64,000 nucleotides of DNA, from the NCBI GenBank assembly GCA_049514105.1, contig JBEKVJ010000001.1, forward strand, positions 5,954-69,953. Reading direction: 5' to 3'. The position numbers and the translations under genes are program-made. The notes beneath the pieces are model-generated. The model was not told the DNA's origin and made no database searches. It saw only the letters and a program-made list of their open reading frames with translations. Within the stretch, counting starts at the first letter, position 1, and each line of letters begins with the position of its first letter. The DNA comes from Acidimicrobiales bacterium. Its GTDB lineage: Bacteria; Actinomycetota; Acidimicrobiia; Acidimicrobiales; Bog-793. Below, piece by piece: positions 10,054-18,408 of this stretch.

Positions 10054-12339
10054 TCATCGATTGAACACCGCGGTTGACCCGGTCGAGTAGACGACATTGA
10101 AATACTGATCAAGGAACCTCGAGGGAAAGACGAGGTCAAGTACCCCCGAGTTGGTCTGACCCCACGTGCGATCTCCGACGACGTTAGTCGTTGACGCGAA
10201 GATCCAAGCGTTCCGATCGATAGTACGCGGCGTGACATCGTTGAAGACGGCGGTGCGGAGATCGGTGAATTGGTCCAGTCGAAGCTGGGCGTAGTAGTCC
10301 GCGTAAATTATCCTTTGCTTCGGCACGGCGCTCGCGAGCCACTGCGCCGTGAACTCCTCCTGTTCGGTCGTGTAGAGGCGAGCGTGATCTTCGCCGTTGT
10401 TGTACAGAATAAAAGGTGGATCGCCGCCAGTGACCGGTGTGGCAAGACCGGAGTTGCTTACGAAGGCGACTAGCAACACCATACTAAAGCCCCCGAACAG
10501 CACAAAATGTGTCAACGGTCGCGACTTCAACTCCTTCACCAGCATTTCGACGAAAGCCGCTTCGAGAAGCGCAAGGATGAAGAGGCATTGAAGAAAGAGG
10601 CGCGAAGAGTTGTAGTCGGCTGCGAGCGTTCCGCTGAGTCGACTCGCGGTGAGAACGAAGAGCGAGGCGAGTCCCATAGTCCCCATAATGCGCAACAGGC
10701 GGCCTCCTCGTCGACGCAACGCGAACAGGAGGGAGCTCAGAACAGCAAGTGCGTTTATACCCTGTTGCACTAGCAACTCAGCGTCACTGAGGAGAGCAGC
10801 TATCGCCGGAGCATGATCATCGATCTTGGCCGGTGTCGCGGCTCGAAGGTTGTACTCCGGGCGTTGCGCGGCAGCGAGTGGAACGAGGAAACTCAGGTTG
10901 TGGGCGTAGTAGGCGGCAATCGAGCTCTGGTAGTCGGACGGCGACGAGGGTGCTTCCCGGGGTCCGTTGAAGTACGCGCTGATGATGTTCTCGCCGCGGG
11001 TACGTCCTGGAAGCAGGTTGATACCAGTTTGGCGTAGTGACTCGGCGACGTCGCTGACGTTGCTCCCCGAATGGGTGGCAGGTACGTACCAGATAAAGGC
11101 CGACACGGTCATGACACCAGCGGCGACGAGCCATGGTCTGACCCGAAGCGGTGTTCTCTTCGTCCTGGCTACAGTGACGGCCAGTAACGATGCCAATAGG
11201 CAAAGCAGAATGGCAATATACGTCGTCGAGTAGTGGCACACGACGAGCGTCACCCCGAGTACAGATATCAGCGCGCGCTGCGGCCGCCGCCGCAAGGAGT
11301 TGTCGAGCAGAGCGCCGATGATGCCCGCGAAGATCAGTAATGCCAACTCCTGCCTGGCGATCTCAGGCTGCTGCTCGAAGAAGTACGACTGAGCTATCAC
11401 GACCGCGGCAGCGAGGAAAGCTGCACGGCGGGAGAGAAAACGCGTTCCCAGCGAGAACACTGCAACCGGGAAGAGTGCGAAAAGGGCGGGATAGCCGAGC
11501 TTGAAGATCCAGACATCTTGGCCGCCGATCAATGCGTGAAGCGAAGCCGGGAGCACCGTCAGGCTGAGCATGGCCTGGTAAGGATCCAAGTGGCCAAAGT
11601 GCCAGACTCCTTCGACCACGGTTCGGTGGAAGTCGAAGTACTCCGAGTTGATGTCGAAGCCGATGACGTAGGAGCTGCGCATGCTGGTGAGAAGCATCAG
11701 GGCGAGACCACTGCCGTAGAGGAGGAAGTTGATCTCCTGGTTGTGCATCTTGTTCGCTGTGACCACGCACACTGGGATCATGACTGCGACGGCTATGAGG
11801 ACCACGAAACAAAGGGTGTTGCCATCGCCGTTGTCGAGCCTCACGGCGGCGGCGACAGCGATGGCAGGCAGGATCAAGGGCCAAAGCCACCGCGCGCGTC
11901 TGACGATGTCGGAGGCGCGCAACTCATGAATGTCAGTCGCGTGGCGCCCGCACAAAGCGAGTCCGACCAGTGCGAGATTCAGCCCGACGAACAATGGCAA
12001 TCGCCGGAGGGGCTCATGTACACCCAGGACCGGGCCGACGATATCCACCGCGAGGGAAGTGGCGACAAGTACTGCTACGGACGCGCAAGGCAGGTACGCG
12101 ATGTACCGACGAACTGACCTAGCAGGGATCTTCAGTGCCCGGAGGAGCAGCTGGCCTGGAAGTGCTGAGAGCAGGAGAGCGGAGACGGCCCGTGACAGCC
12201 AGAGGGAGTTGGCGGCGACAGCCACATCCAAGAGGGCGAGCTCAACGAGCCACCTGGGCGGCGGCGTTCGCCATTGCTCAGAAGTTAGGCGCAGAGGCCA
12301 CGTTGGCGACCACTTGTTCCTCACCGTCGGCCACGACAC
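10054..12339 (-). CDS. Large polytopic membrane protein with C-terminal soluble domain (possible DUF2206-like; polymerase or GT-C-type candidate)
   Basis: 761-aa ORF with many hydrophobic segments over about 640 aa and then a hydrophilic C-terminal domain. No recognised catalytic motif is present. Its position in the glycan cluster suggests a role in polymerisation or transfer. Confidence 0.6.
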   Translation of the reverse strand: MSWPTVRNKWSPTWPLRLTSEQWRTPPPRWLVELALLDVAVAANSLWLSRAVSALLLSALPGQLLLRALKIPARSVRRYIAYLPCASVAVLVATSLAVDIVGPVLGVHEPLRRLPLFVGLNLALVGLALCGRHATDIHELRASDIVRRARWLWPLILPAIAVAAAVRLDNGDGNTLCFVVLIAVAVMIPVCVVTANKMHNQEINFLLYGSGLALMLLTSMRSSYVIGFDINSEYFDFHRTVVEGVWHFGHLDPYQAMLSLTVLPASLHALIGGQDVWIFKLGYPALFALFPVAVFSLGTRFLSRRAAFLAAAVVIAQSYFFEQQPEIARQELALLIFAGIIGALLDNSLRRRPQRALISVLGVTLVVCHYSTTYIAILLCLLASLLAVTVARTKRTPLRVRPWLVAAGVMTVSAFIWYVPATHSGSNVSDVAESLRQTGINLLPGRTRGENIISAYFNGPREAPSSPSDYQSSIAAYYAHNLSFLVPLAAAQRPEYNLRAATPAKIDDHAPAIAALLSDAELLVQQGINALAVLSSLLFALRRRGGRLLRIMGTMGLASLFVLTASRLSGTLAADYNSSRLFLQCLFILALLEAAFVEMLVKELKSRPLTHFVLFGGFSMVLLVAFVSNSGLATPVTGGDPPFILYNNGEDHARLYTTEQEEFTAQWLASAVPKQRIIYADYYAQLRLDQFTDLRTAVFNDVTPRTIDRNAWIFASTTNVVGDRTWGQTNSGVLDLVFPSRFLDQYFNVVYSTGSTAVFNR

Positions 12340-12857
12340 GTGAGCCAGAGGGTGATACGTGCGGACGAATGCTCGACCGAGACGCTAAGGCGAGTTCGCT
12401 TCCCTGAGCAACTGATTCGGACACTACGCACTATGAGGTCAGTTCGGTTCGCGGTCACGACAGAATCGCCTGAAGTTAGTGATTTACCTGTTGGCCCATA
12501 TACCCGCCAATACAACGAGTGACTCCTCGACCCTACGTAGCCGAGCGCGAAGCGGACGGTTAGCCGTCCGGAAGCTGGCAGTGCAGAAGGCAGAGCTCGT
12601 GCGTCAGGGAAGTACAACTCAACGAATGAATCACTTGGGCGAGTCAACCCGGCTGCTTGGAGAACAGAGTGACCGAACCCGGTTTGGGCGACGAGGAGGA
12701 GGACTATGAGGATCCCGCCGAGCCACATTCCGCCTTTGCGCGACCGCGGTGGATCAGGGTCGGTCACGCGGTAGGAGAAAGAGGTGGATGCGTAGAATCT
12801 CGAGCTTCGCGAGCTCATGGCCGACGAGACTCGCTCTGGAGGGCGCGGTCGGCTCAC
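12321..12857 (-). CDS. Small single-pass membrane protein, unknown function
   Basis: 178-aa ORF with one TM (MWLGGILIVLLLVAQTGF) followed by a beta-rich soluble part. Its 3' end overlaps the start of the 761-aa gene by 19 nt. The true start may be internal. Confidence 0.45.
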   Translation of the reverse strand: MSRPRPPERVSSAMSSRSSRFYASTSFSYRVTDPDPPRSRKGGMWLGGILIVLLLVAQTGFGHSVLQAAGLTRPSDSFVELYFPDARALPSALPASGRLTVRFALGYVGSRSHSLYWRVYGPTGKSLTSGDSVVTANRTDLIVRSVRISCSGKRTRLSVSVEHSSARITLWLTCRGRR

Positions 12858-13130
12858 CTACCGCGCCCTCCTGGTCGTCGCGCACCGGCCAGACGGGTAT
12901 CGCCCGCAAGTCTGTTCCGGCTTAGCTTCCCGCTCGAGAGGCCCGATCGTCTGGGAGGTTGAAGTGTCATCAGTTGCGAGTACCGGCTCGTTGTTTCTCC
13001 TTGGTGACGTCTGACGATGTTAGGTGCCGACGGCCGCCTCGAGGGACCAGGCAAGCTAGCCCGCCGCCCTTGGAGTACGAGCCTCTGTCTGGCGGACTCG
13101 CTGCGACGGTAGCTACGAGCTGACCGATGG

Positions 13131-14168
13131 CTAGCTACCAAATGAGCGCCACAAACCGGTGACGAATCCGATATTCAAGTTCGCTTCTTCGGCGAGCTTC
13201 AAGTAGCAATCAAGGAGCGGCACGAGAGAATGTCGCTGCAACGCGCTCCTGCAACCCTTTGAATATAGCATCTGAGGGAGTAGGAGAGCACATATCAACC
13301 GCACTGCTCGACCGCGCGACCAGGCTAGCAATCCCGCGATGAGTATCGGGAATGGGAACACTGTAGGGGGGAGATCGTTGCGTTTGCAGTACAGCCTGGC
13401 CGCGCCCATGCCGTACGAGCGACAGCGGCGGAGCAGGGCTCGCGGGTCAGTATCGAAGTGATGCTTGATAACCGCGGAAGGCTCGAAGCGAAGTGCGCCG
13501 GGTCCGTACTCATCGCTGATCCGCAGGCAAAGATCGAGGTCTTCACCGCCCTCATCGCTGTGAAAGCCCTCGTCAAAACCGCCCAACTGACGAAGGGCTT
13601 TAGCGCGGAAGGCGCCATTGGCAGTGGCGAAGGCATGAACTGAACGCGCGCCGGTGGGGGAGAAACGCGCGTTGCGAAGCAGATACAAGCCGAATCGATA
13701 CGCAACTGTCCTCTTTGTGGCCAAATCAATCTCGAGCGGAGCCAGTGGGTTATTGCGGTCGAGATAACCGTTGAAGAACCCTTCATTCGAGGCCGGTAGC
13801 GCTAGCCCTCCGATGCCGACTACTTCTTCCGTGAATCCGCCCAGTAAGCGCTCGGCCCATTCCGGTTCAGGCTCACAGTCGTCGTCGAGCGTCGCGACTA
13901 TAGGGGCTCGCGCTGCGGTGATCCCGGTGTTTCGTGCGGCCGCAAGTCCGCGGTTTACTGGGTGGCGAATCACCTCGGCGCCGTACGTTGCTCCGACCTC
14001 GGCACTGTTATCGGTCGAGCCGTCGTCAACAAGGATGAGCTGAAGCTCTGCTCCAAGTGACTGCTGTCGGACAGCAGCGAGACAGTTGTGGAGCCTCTCT
14101 GCTCCATTCAAGGTACAAACAACGACGCTGATGCGCGGAGCGCCAGCTGCTGACGATTCGGCGTCCAC
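13131..14168 (-). CDS. Glycosyltransferase family 2
   Basis: 345 aa with ISVVVCTLNGAERLHNCLAAVRQQS...LILVDDGSTDNS...LDDD. Confidence 0.85.
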   Translation of the reverse strand: MDAESSAAGAPRISVVVCTLNGAERLHNCLAAVRQQSLGAELQLILVDDGSTDNSAEVGATYGAEVIRHPVNRGLAAARNTGITAARAPIVATLDDDCEPEPEWAERLLGGFTEEVVGIGGLALPASNEGFFNGYLDRNNPLAPLEIDLATKRTVAYRFGLYLLRNARFSPTGARSVHAFATANGAFRAKALRQLGGFDEGFHSDEGGEDLDLCLRISDEYGPGALRFEPSAVIKHHFDTDPRALLRRCRSYGMGAARLYCKRNDLPPTVFPFPILIAGLLAWSRGRAVRLICALLLPQMLYSKGCRSALQRHSLVPLLDCYLKLAEEANLNIGFVTGLWRSFGS

Positions 14169-14506
14169 GCTCGAGCCCTCCTCGACATTAGTGGAATCGG
14201 AACACTGACTTCGGAGAACAACAGTAGTGAACCAGCCAGCGAGCCCGGAGACACTGCCCTATCCGAGACCGGAAATGGCAAGCCGCACACTGGGTCACCA
14301 GTTCGCAATCGCAAACCGGAGGTCGGTCGTGCTCCGAAAAGGCTGGCGTAGATGACGGCTCACGGCCATCCGCCTGTGTGTGCGAGCGCGGCGTTCGACG
14401 GCGGCAGTGTCACGAGTCCGCGAGCGGGAGATCGCGACTAAGCGAATCGGGCACGATCTCATCGGCCTGCACGAGCTGGTACTCGGACCTTTAGCGAGCC
14501 CCAGGT

Positions 14507-15478
14507 TCACTTACCTGTTGTGGGCTCGGAGTTGAGGCAGAAGTGGACGACGCCGACCGCCCGTCCCGCAAAGTACGCCGCGATCAGGCCCGCGTTGACG
14601 ACAACCGCCCCTACGTAGCGCTTGCGATAGCCGGGTGGCCCTGAGGCGGCAAACCGGCCGTGCAAATGCAATTCGCTGGTCGCGACGAGGTACGCCGGCA
14701 AAAAAAGCCTAGCGACGAACCGAGCCCTCGATCGAGTGAGCAGAGTGATGGCGACGATGGCGAGCATGCCCACGAAGGCGAAGTCGGGCGGCCGGAACTC
14801 GTGATAACGGAAGAGCTGACGTGATGCGCCGCGTCCACTCTCGTACAACCACATCACCGAAGCAGCCAGTGATTTGTGTTCGGAATGCTCAACTTCGAGC
14901 CCCGGAATACAAGCGAGCCTGAAGCCACGAGCTAACAGCTGATGGTTGATATCGACGTCCTCTCCCTCCCGGAGACCTCGGTCGAACATTACGTGCTCAA
15001 ATACTCGGCGCTTGTATAGGCCGTTGTTGCCCGTAATTGCAGTTGTTGCCTTTGCCCCCAGAGCTGTTAGCCGAAACGTGTTGTAAACATAAGTTACGTC
15101 ACCGTCTGGCACTGCAGTCCCCCCGACGACGTCATATTCATTGAGGCTTTGCAGACAGATCTCGAGCCAGCTCGGCGGCAGGCAGATGTCGGCGTCCACC
15201 ATAGCGACGAGCTCACCTGTCGAGGCCTGAACGCCTGCCGCTCTAGCTGCTCCGCGACCAGCGTTTTCTTGTTCAACAAGGCGGAGCGCGGCAATCTCCA
15301 TTTGCATATCACGCACTACGTCGGCGGTGGCGTCTGTCGAACCATCATCGACGATGATGATCTCGTGGTCCACGAGGCCAATCTGCGCTTCAATGGACTC
15401 CAGGCAGCGACGGATATGGCGCTCTTCGTTATAGGCGATGACGACAAAAGAGATCACAGGAAAAGAACCACAATTCAC
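14507..15478 (-). CDS. Glycosyltransferase family 2 with C-terminal TM segments
   Basis: 323 aa with ISFVVIAYNEERHIRRCLESIEAQ...IIIVDDGSTDAT...VDAD and a GTG start. Confidence 0.85.
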   Translation of the reverse strand: MNCGSFPVISFVVIAYNEERHIRRCLESIEAQIGLVDHEIIIVDDGSTDATADVVRDMQMEIAALRLVEQENAGRGAARAAGVQASTGELVAMVDADICLPPSWLEICLQSLNEYDVVGGTAVPDGDVTYVYNTFRLTALGAKATTAITGNNGLYKRRVFEHVMFDRGLREGEDVDINHQLLARGFRLACIPGLEVEHSEHKSLAASVMWLYESGRGASRQLFRYHEFRPPDFAFVGMLAIVAITLLTRSRARFVARLFLPAYLVATSELHLHGRFAASGPPGYRKRYVGAVVVNAGLIAAYFAGRAVGVVHFCLNSEPTTGK

Positions 15479-15513
15479 CTCACTGACTCGGTTATTCGAG
15501 GATTTCGAGTCGC

Positions 15514-15555
15514 CAGACTATGCCAGTACCTAATCAGACTATGCCAGTACTTAAT
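15514..15555. repeat. 21-bp direct tandem repeat x2 in a divergent intergenic region
   Basis: cagactatgccagtacCtaat / cagactatgccagtacTtaat, back to back with one mismatch. It lies 36 bp upstream of the GT2 start at 15478 (minus strand). Confidence 0.9.
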
Positions 15556-16064
15556 CTGGCCATTAGCGCCCGCGTTTGGAGATCATACCGATACCAGCCC
15601 GTCGTGCGCGACCAAGAGAAACCGTTGGCGGTGACACGCAAACGAGCTCGCAGCCCCCTCGTCGGCGCTCAAGTCTATGCACGAGCATCGCCCGTCGGAA
15701 CAGAACGGCGTGCCTCTGCATTCAGTAGCGCCTCCGGTAGAAACCTCATCCACGGTAGCGACGCGTCCGGGCCGCGGCCATCGACGGACTAGTTGCAGTG
15801 CCCCCCTAGCTAAACGCGGTGCCTGAGTGCTTTTTCGCCACCTTCGCGTCGTCGATCGAGACGTTGGACGAGCTGCCTCTCAGCTGTCTGGTTTGGCTCG
15901 GAGCAGGGACGCGCAAGCGGGAGTTCATCCTGGTGACCACGCTAAGTGGTATAGTTACTACGGAGAGTGCTTGGGCTAGCGCCTAGACATCATGAACGCG
16001 GAGAGTGGTGTTACAAGCGCGCTAAGTGCTCAACTGACCTAGGAAATGCGCCGATATCTGTGGC

Positions 16065-17654
16065 ATGCGAGGGAATGCGGAGTCACGGTCTAGGAAGTCG
16101 TCCGGAACGAGCGTCAACGGAGATCGGGCTCGAAACTCTCCCGGCAACGGGCGGCAGGTGGTCGCTTATCGTTCCGGAGAGTATTTCCACGGCACAGCGA
16201 CGATCTATCGGCGTCGGGCGCTTGCAGGTGGCCTTGTCGCTGCGCTCGCCATAGCGGCGATCGTCAACTCGGTGATTGTCTCTGGTACCTCCGGGGCAAC
16301 ATCGCATTCGAGCACGCCGCAAAAGGCTCGCCCTGTCGCCACGAGGTTGCACGTGGTTGCCCCCCAGAAGCTGATGAGCGTCCTAACGTCGAACACCACA
16401 CGGAGGTTGCGTGTGGTCCCCACGCAGGTCAGGCCAGCAAGCCTCGGTTCTGCGTTCGCCACAGCGGGCCGTTCGACTTTGGTGACCAGTCGCCCGACTT
16501 CGGGGCGCGGACACGGGTTCCGCCGGCCAACTACTACGACTCTGCCGCCGACTACGACAACCGATCCGCCGACTACCACGACACGCCCGCCGACCACGAC
16601 GACGGATCCGCCGACTACCACGACCGATCCACCTACAACCACGACGCGCCCGCCGACCACGACGACTCTGCCGCCGACCACGACGACTCTGCCGCCTACT
16701 ACGACGACCGATCCGCCGACGACGACTACGCCGCCCTCGGGCAGCAATCAGTCCGGACTGGTTCAGTCGGGTGCCACGAAGCTCAAGTGCATCTCGGATG
16801 GTCCTGCTCAGCTTGCGCAGGACCTGCTGTACACAGGTGTTACTTACAACTGCATCGAAACCTTCAGCGACGCTGACCCGGCGTGGTCCGACTGGGTGGA
16901 TCCATGGATCGCCCGCTCAAGTGCCCCATTCCCTGCGTGGGTCGCGGCCGACCCCACGGGCCACCAGTTGATCGATACCCAGAACCTGATTCCTGACAGC
17001 GAAGCGAGTAACGCCAACTGGACGGCCGAATGCGCTGCTGGCGACTACAACACCTATGCCACCGAATTCGCCACGAATATGGTGGCAGCCGGCCTGGGCT
17101 ACACAATCATCCGGCTCGGTCACGAGATGAACGGCACTTGGTACAACGACTCCCTCGGAGATACTCAGGCAGCATGGACGCAGTGGGGTCAATGCTTCGC
17201 CCAGGAAGTCACGGCGATGCGGGCCGTACCGGGCGCCCACTTCCTATTCGACTGGAATGTCAACGAGAACTACCGCGACATTCCGCTCGCGGACTTCTAT
17301 CCTGGGAACGCCTATGTCGACATCATCGGTGTCGACGCCTACGATCAAACTGGCGTTTCGATTCCACTCGTTGGGCAATCCGGCCGCTTTGCTGCGCTGG
17401 CGGGCGAACCCGACGGTCTCTATGCCGTGGAGGCGTTTGCTTCCGCACACGGCAAGCCTCTCAGCATCCCGGAGTGGGGCACCGTCTCGACGCAAGGTGA
17501 CGATCCCGATTACGTGACCAACATTGGGAACTTCATCGCCTCGCACGACGTTGCCTATCAGTCCTGGTTCAATGCGGGCGATGACAACATCTACCAGCTG
17601 AACCCCGCACAGGACCCTCTCTCGGTCGCCGCGTATATCGCGGCGTTCGGCTAG
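16065..17654 (+). CDS. Membrane-anchored GH26-like glycoside hydrolase with PTTTT-repeat linker (paralog 2)
   Basis: 529 aa with a TM (LAGGLVAALAIAAIVNSVIV) and ten PPTTTT[D/R/L] units. The catalytic domain has IRLGHEMNGTW, FYPGNAYVDIIGVDAYD and LSIPEWGT. The start is uncertain; an in-frame GTG lies at 16158. Confidence 0.75.
   Translation: MRGNAESRSRKSSGTSVNGDRARNSPGNGRQVVAYRSGEYFHGTATIYRRRALAGGLVAALAIAAIVNSVIVSGTSGATSHSSTPQKARPVATRLHVVAPQKLMSVLTSNTTRRLRVVPTQVRPASLGSAFATAGRSTLVTSRPTSGRGHGFRRPTTTTLPPTTTTDPPTTTTRPPTTTTDPPTTTTDPPTTTTRPPTTTTLPPTTTTLPPTTTTDPPTTTTPPSGSNQSGLVQSGATKLKCISDGPAQLAQDLLYTGVTYNCIETFSDADPAWSDWVDPWIARSSAPFPAWVAADPTGHQLIDTQNLIPDSEASNANWTAECAAGDYNTYATEFATNMVAAGLGYTIIRLGHEMNGTWYNDSLGDTQAAWTQWGQCFAQEVTAMRAVPGAHFLFDWNVNENYRDIPLADFYPGNAYVDIIGVDAYDQTGVSIPLVGQSGRFAALAGEPDGLYAVEAFASAHGKPLSIPEWGTVSTQGDDPDYVTNIGNFIASHDVAYQSWFNAGDDNIYQLNPAQDPLSVAAYIAAFG
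16527..16736 (+). repeat. In-frame 21-nt tandem repeat encoding (P)PTTTT[D/R/L] x about 10
   Basis: Read directly: ...ccgccgactacgacaaccgat ccgccgactaccacgacacgc ccgccgaccacgacgacggat... It gives the protein stretch TTTTLPPTTTTDPPTTTTRPPTTTTDPPTTTTDPPTTTTRPPTTTTLPPTTTTLPPTTTTDPPTTTTPP. Confidence 0.9.
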
Positions 17655-17850
17655 AGGCAGCCATCCGGTTCCTCGAGGGCACCGATTCTCGGTGCACTCC
17701 CGACTGGCAACTCATGGAGTTGTCGAGCCAGGCTCAGCGTCACCCTTGCGGCGATTGCGACGCCCGATCGGTAGTGGCATCCCCTGGCGACAATTGAGCT
17801 AGTCGAGACTTGGCAAACACAGTGTCGACTCGTTGGTTCGACTCAGTGAC

Positions 17851-18408
17851 CTACAGCTCGGTGTGTTCGCGGGTTCGAAGCAGGAAAACCACGAGGAACG
17901 CCACGAGCACCGCGGCAGCTGTTCCAACTGCGAGAGCGGCGGGGCCGCTTCCGACGGCAAGACTACGCGTTGACACTGCTTCGTAGGACAGCGCCCCTGA
18001 GCCGAAAGCCACACCGAGCACCCAAGCCAAGCTCCAGTGGCCGCGAACGCGACGCTCGACGTGGCCAATCGAAACGAGCGAACCATCTGCGACCTCAAAC
18101 GCGCAGAACAGGATGCCTCCCGACATAGCGAGGAAGCTTGCCCGAGATCCGGAGGTGTTGTGCGCCGCGCTGGTCACCACAGCCGCGCCGACTAGCACGA
18201 GACCCGTGGCCATCGTGCGGTGGCGCCTCGCCGCGAACGGCCTGGAAAGCCCGAACGCGAAGGTCACGACGCCAGCGACACCGGCTAACGCCACAGCGGC
18301 AGCCTGGGCCGGTGCAGAGCGGCTGACGGCCCACGCAACAACGCCTGAGATCGCGAGGATCGACAGGGCGATGCCGACGAAAGGCCGTGGTGTTTCGAAC
18401 TTTGTCAT
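17851..18408 (-). CDS. Multi-pass membrane protein, last gene of the MoxR operon
   Basis: There are several hydrophobic segments. The start was chosen at MTKFETPRPF, which gives an ATGA overlap with the DUF58 stop (18405-18408). Confidence 0.6.
   Translation of the reverse strand: MTKFETPRPFVGIALSILAISGVVAWAVSRSAPAQAAAVALAGVAGVVTFAFGLSRPFAARRHRTMATGLVLVGAAVVTSAAHNTSGSRASFLAMSGGILFCAFEVADGSLVSIGHVERRVRGHWSLAWVLGVAFGSGALSYEAVSTRSLAVGSGPAALAVGTAAAVLVAFLVVFLLRTREHTEL

Noticed and set aside
16205-16747. 180-aa minus-strand ORF with GGSVVVV/GGRVVVV repeats
   Set aside because: It is the reverse complement of the PPTTTT coding repeat. It is kept open only by the repeat composition.
17795-17850. 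tRNA-like T-loop string (ggttcgact) in the convergent intergenic region
   Set aside because: The surrounding sequence forms direct rather than inverted repeats (tcgactc ... tcgactc). No acceptor, D or anticodon stems can be drawn.
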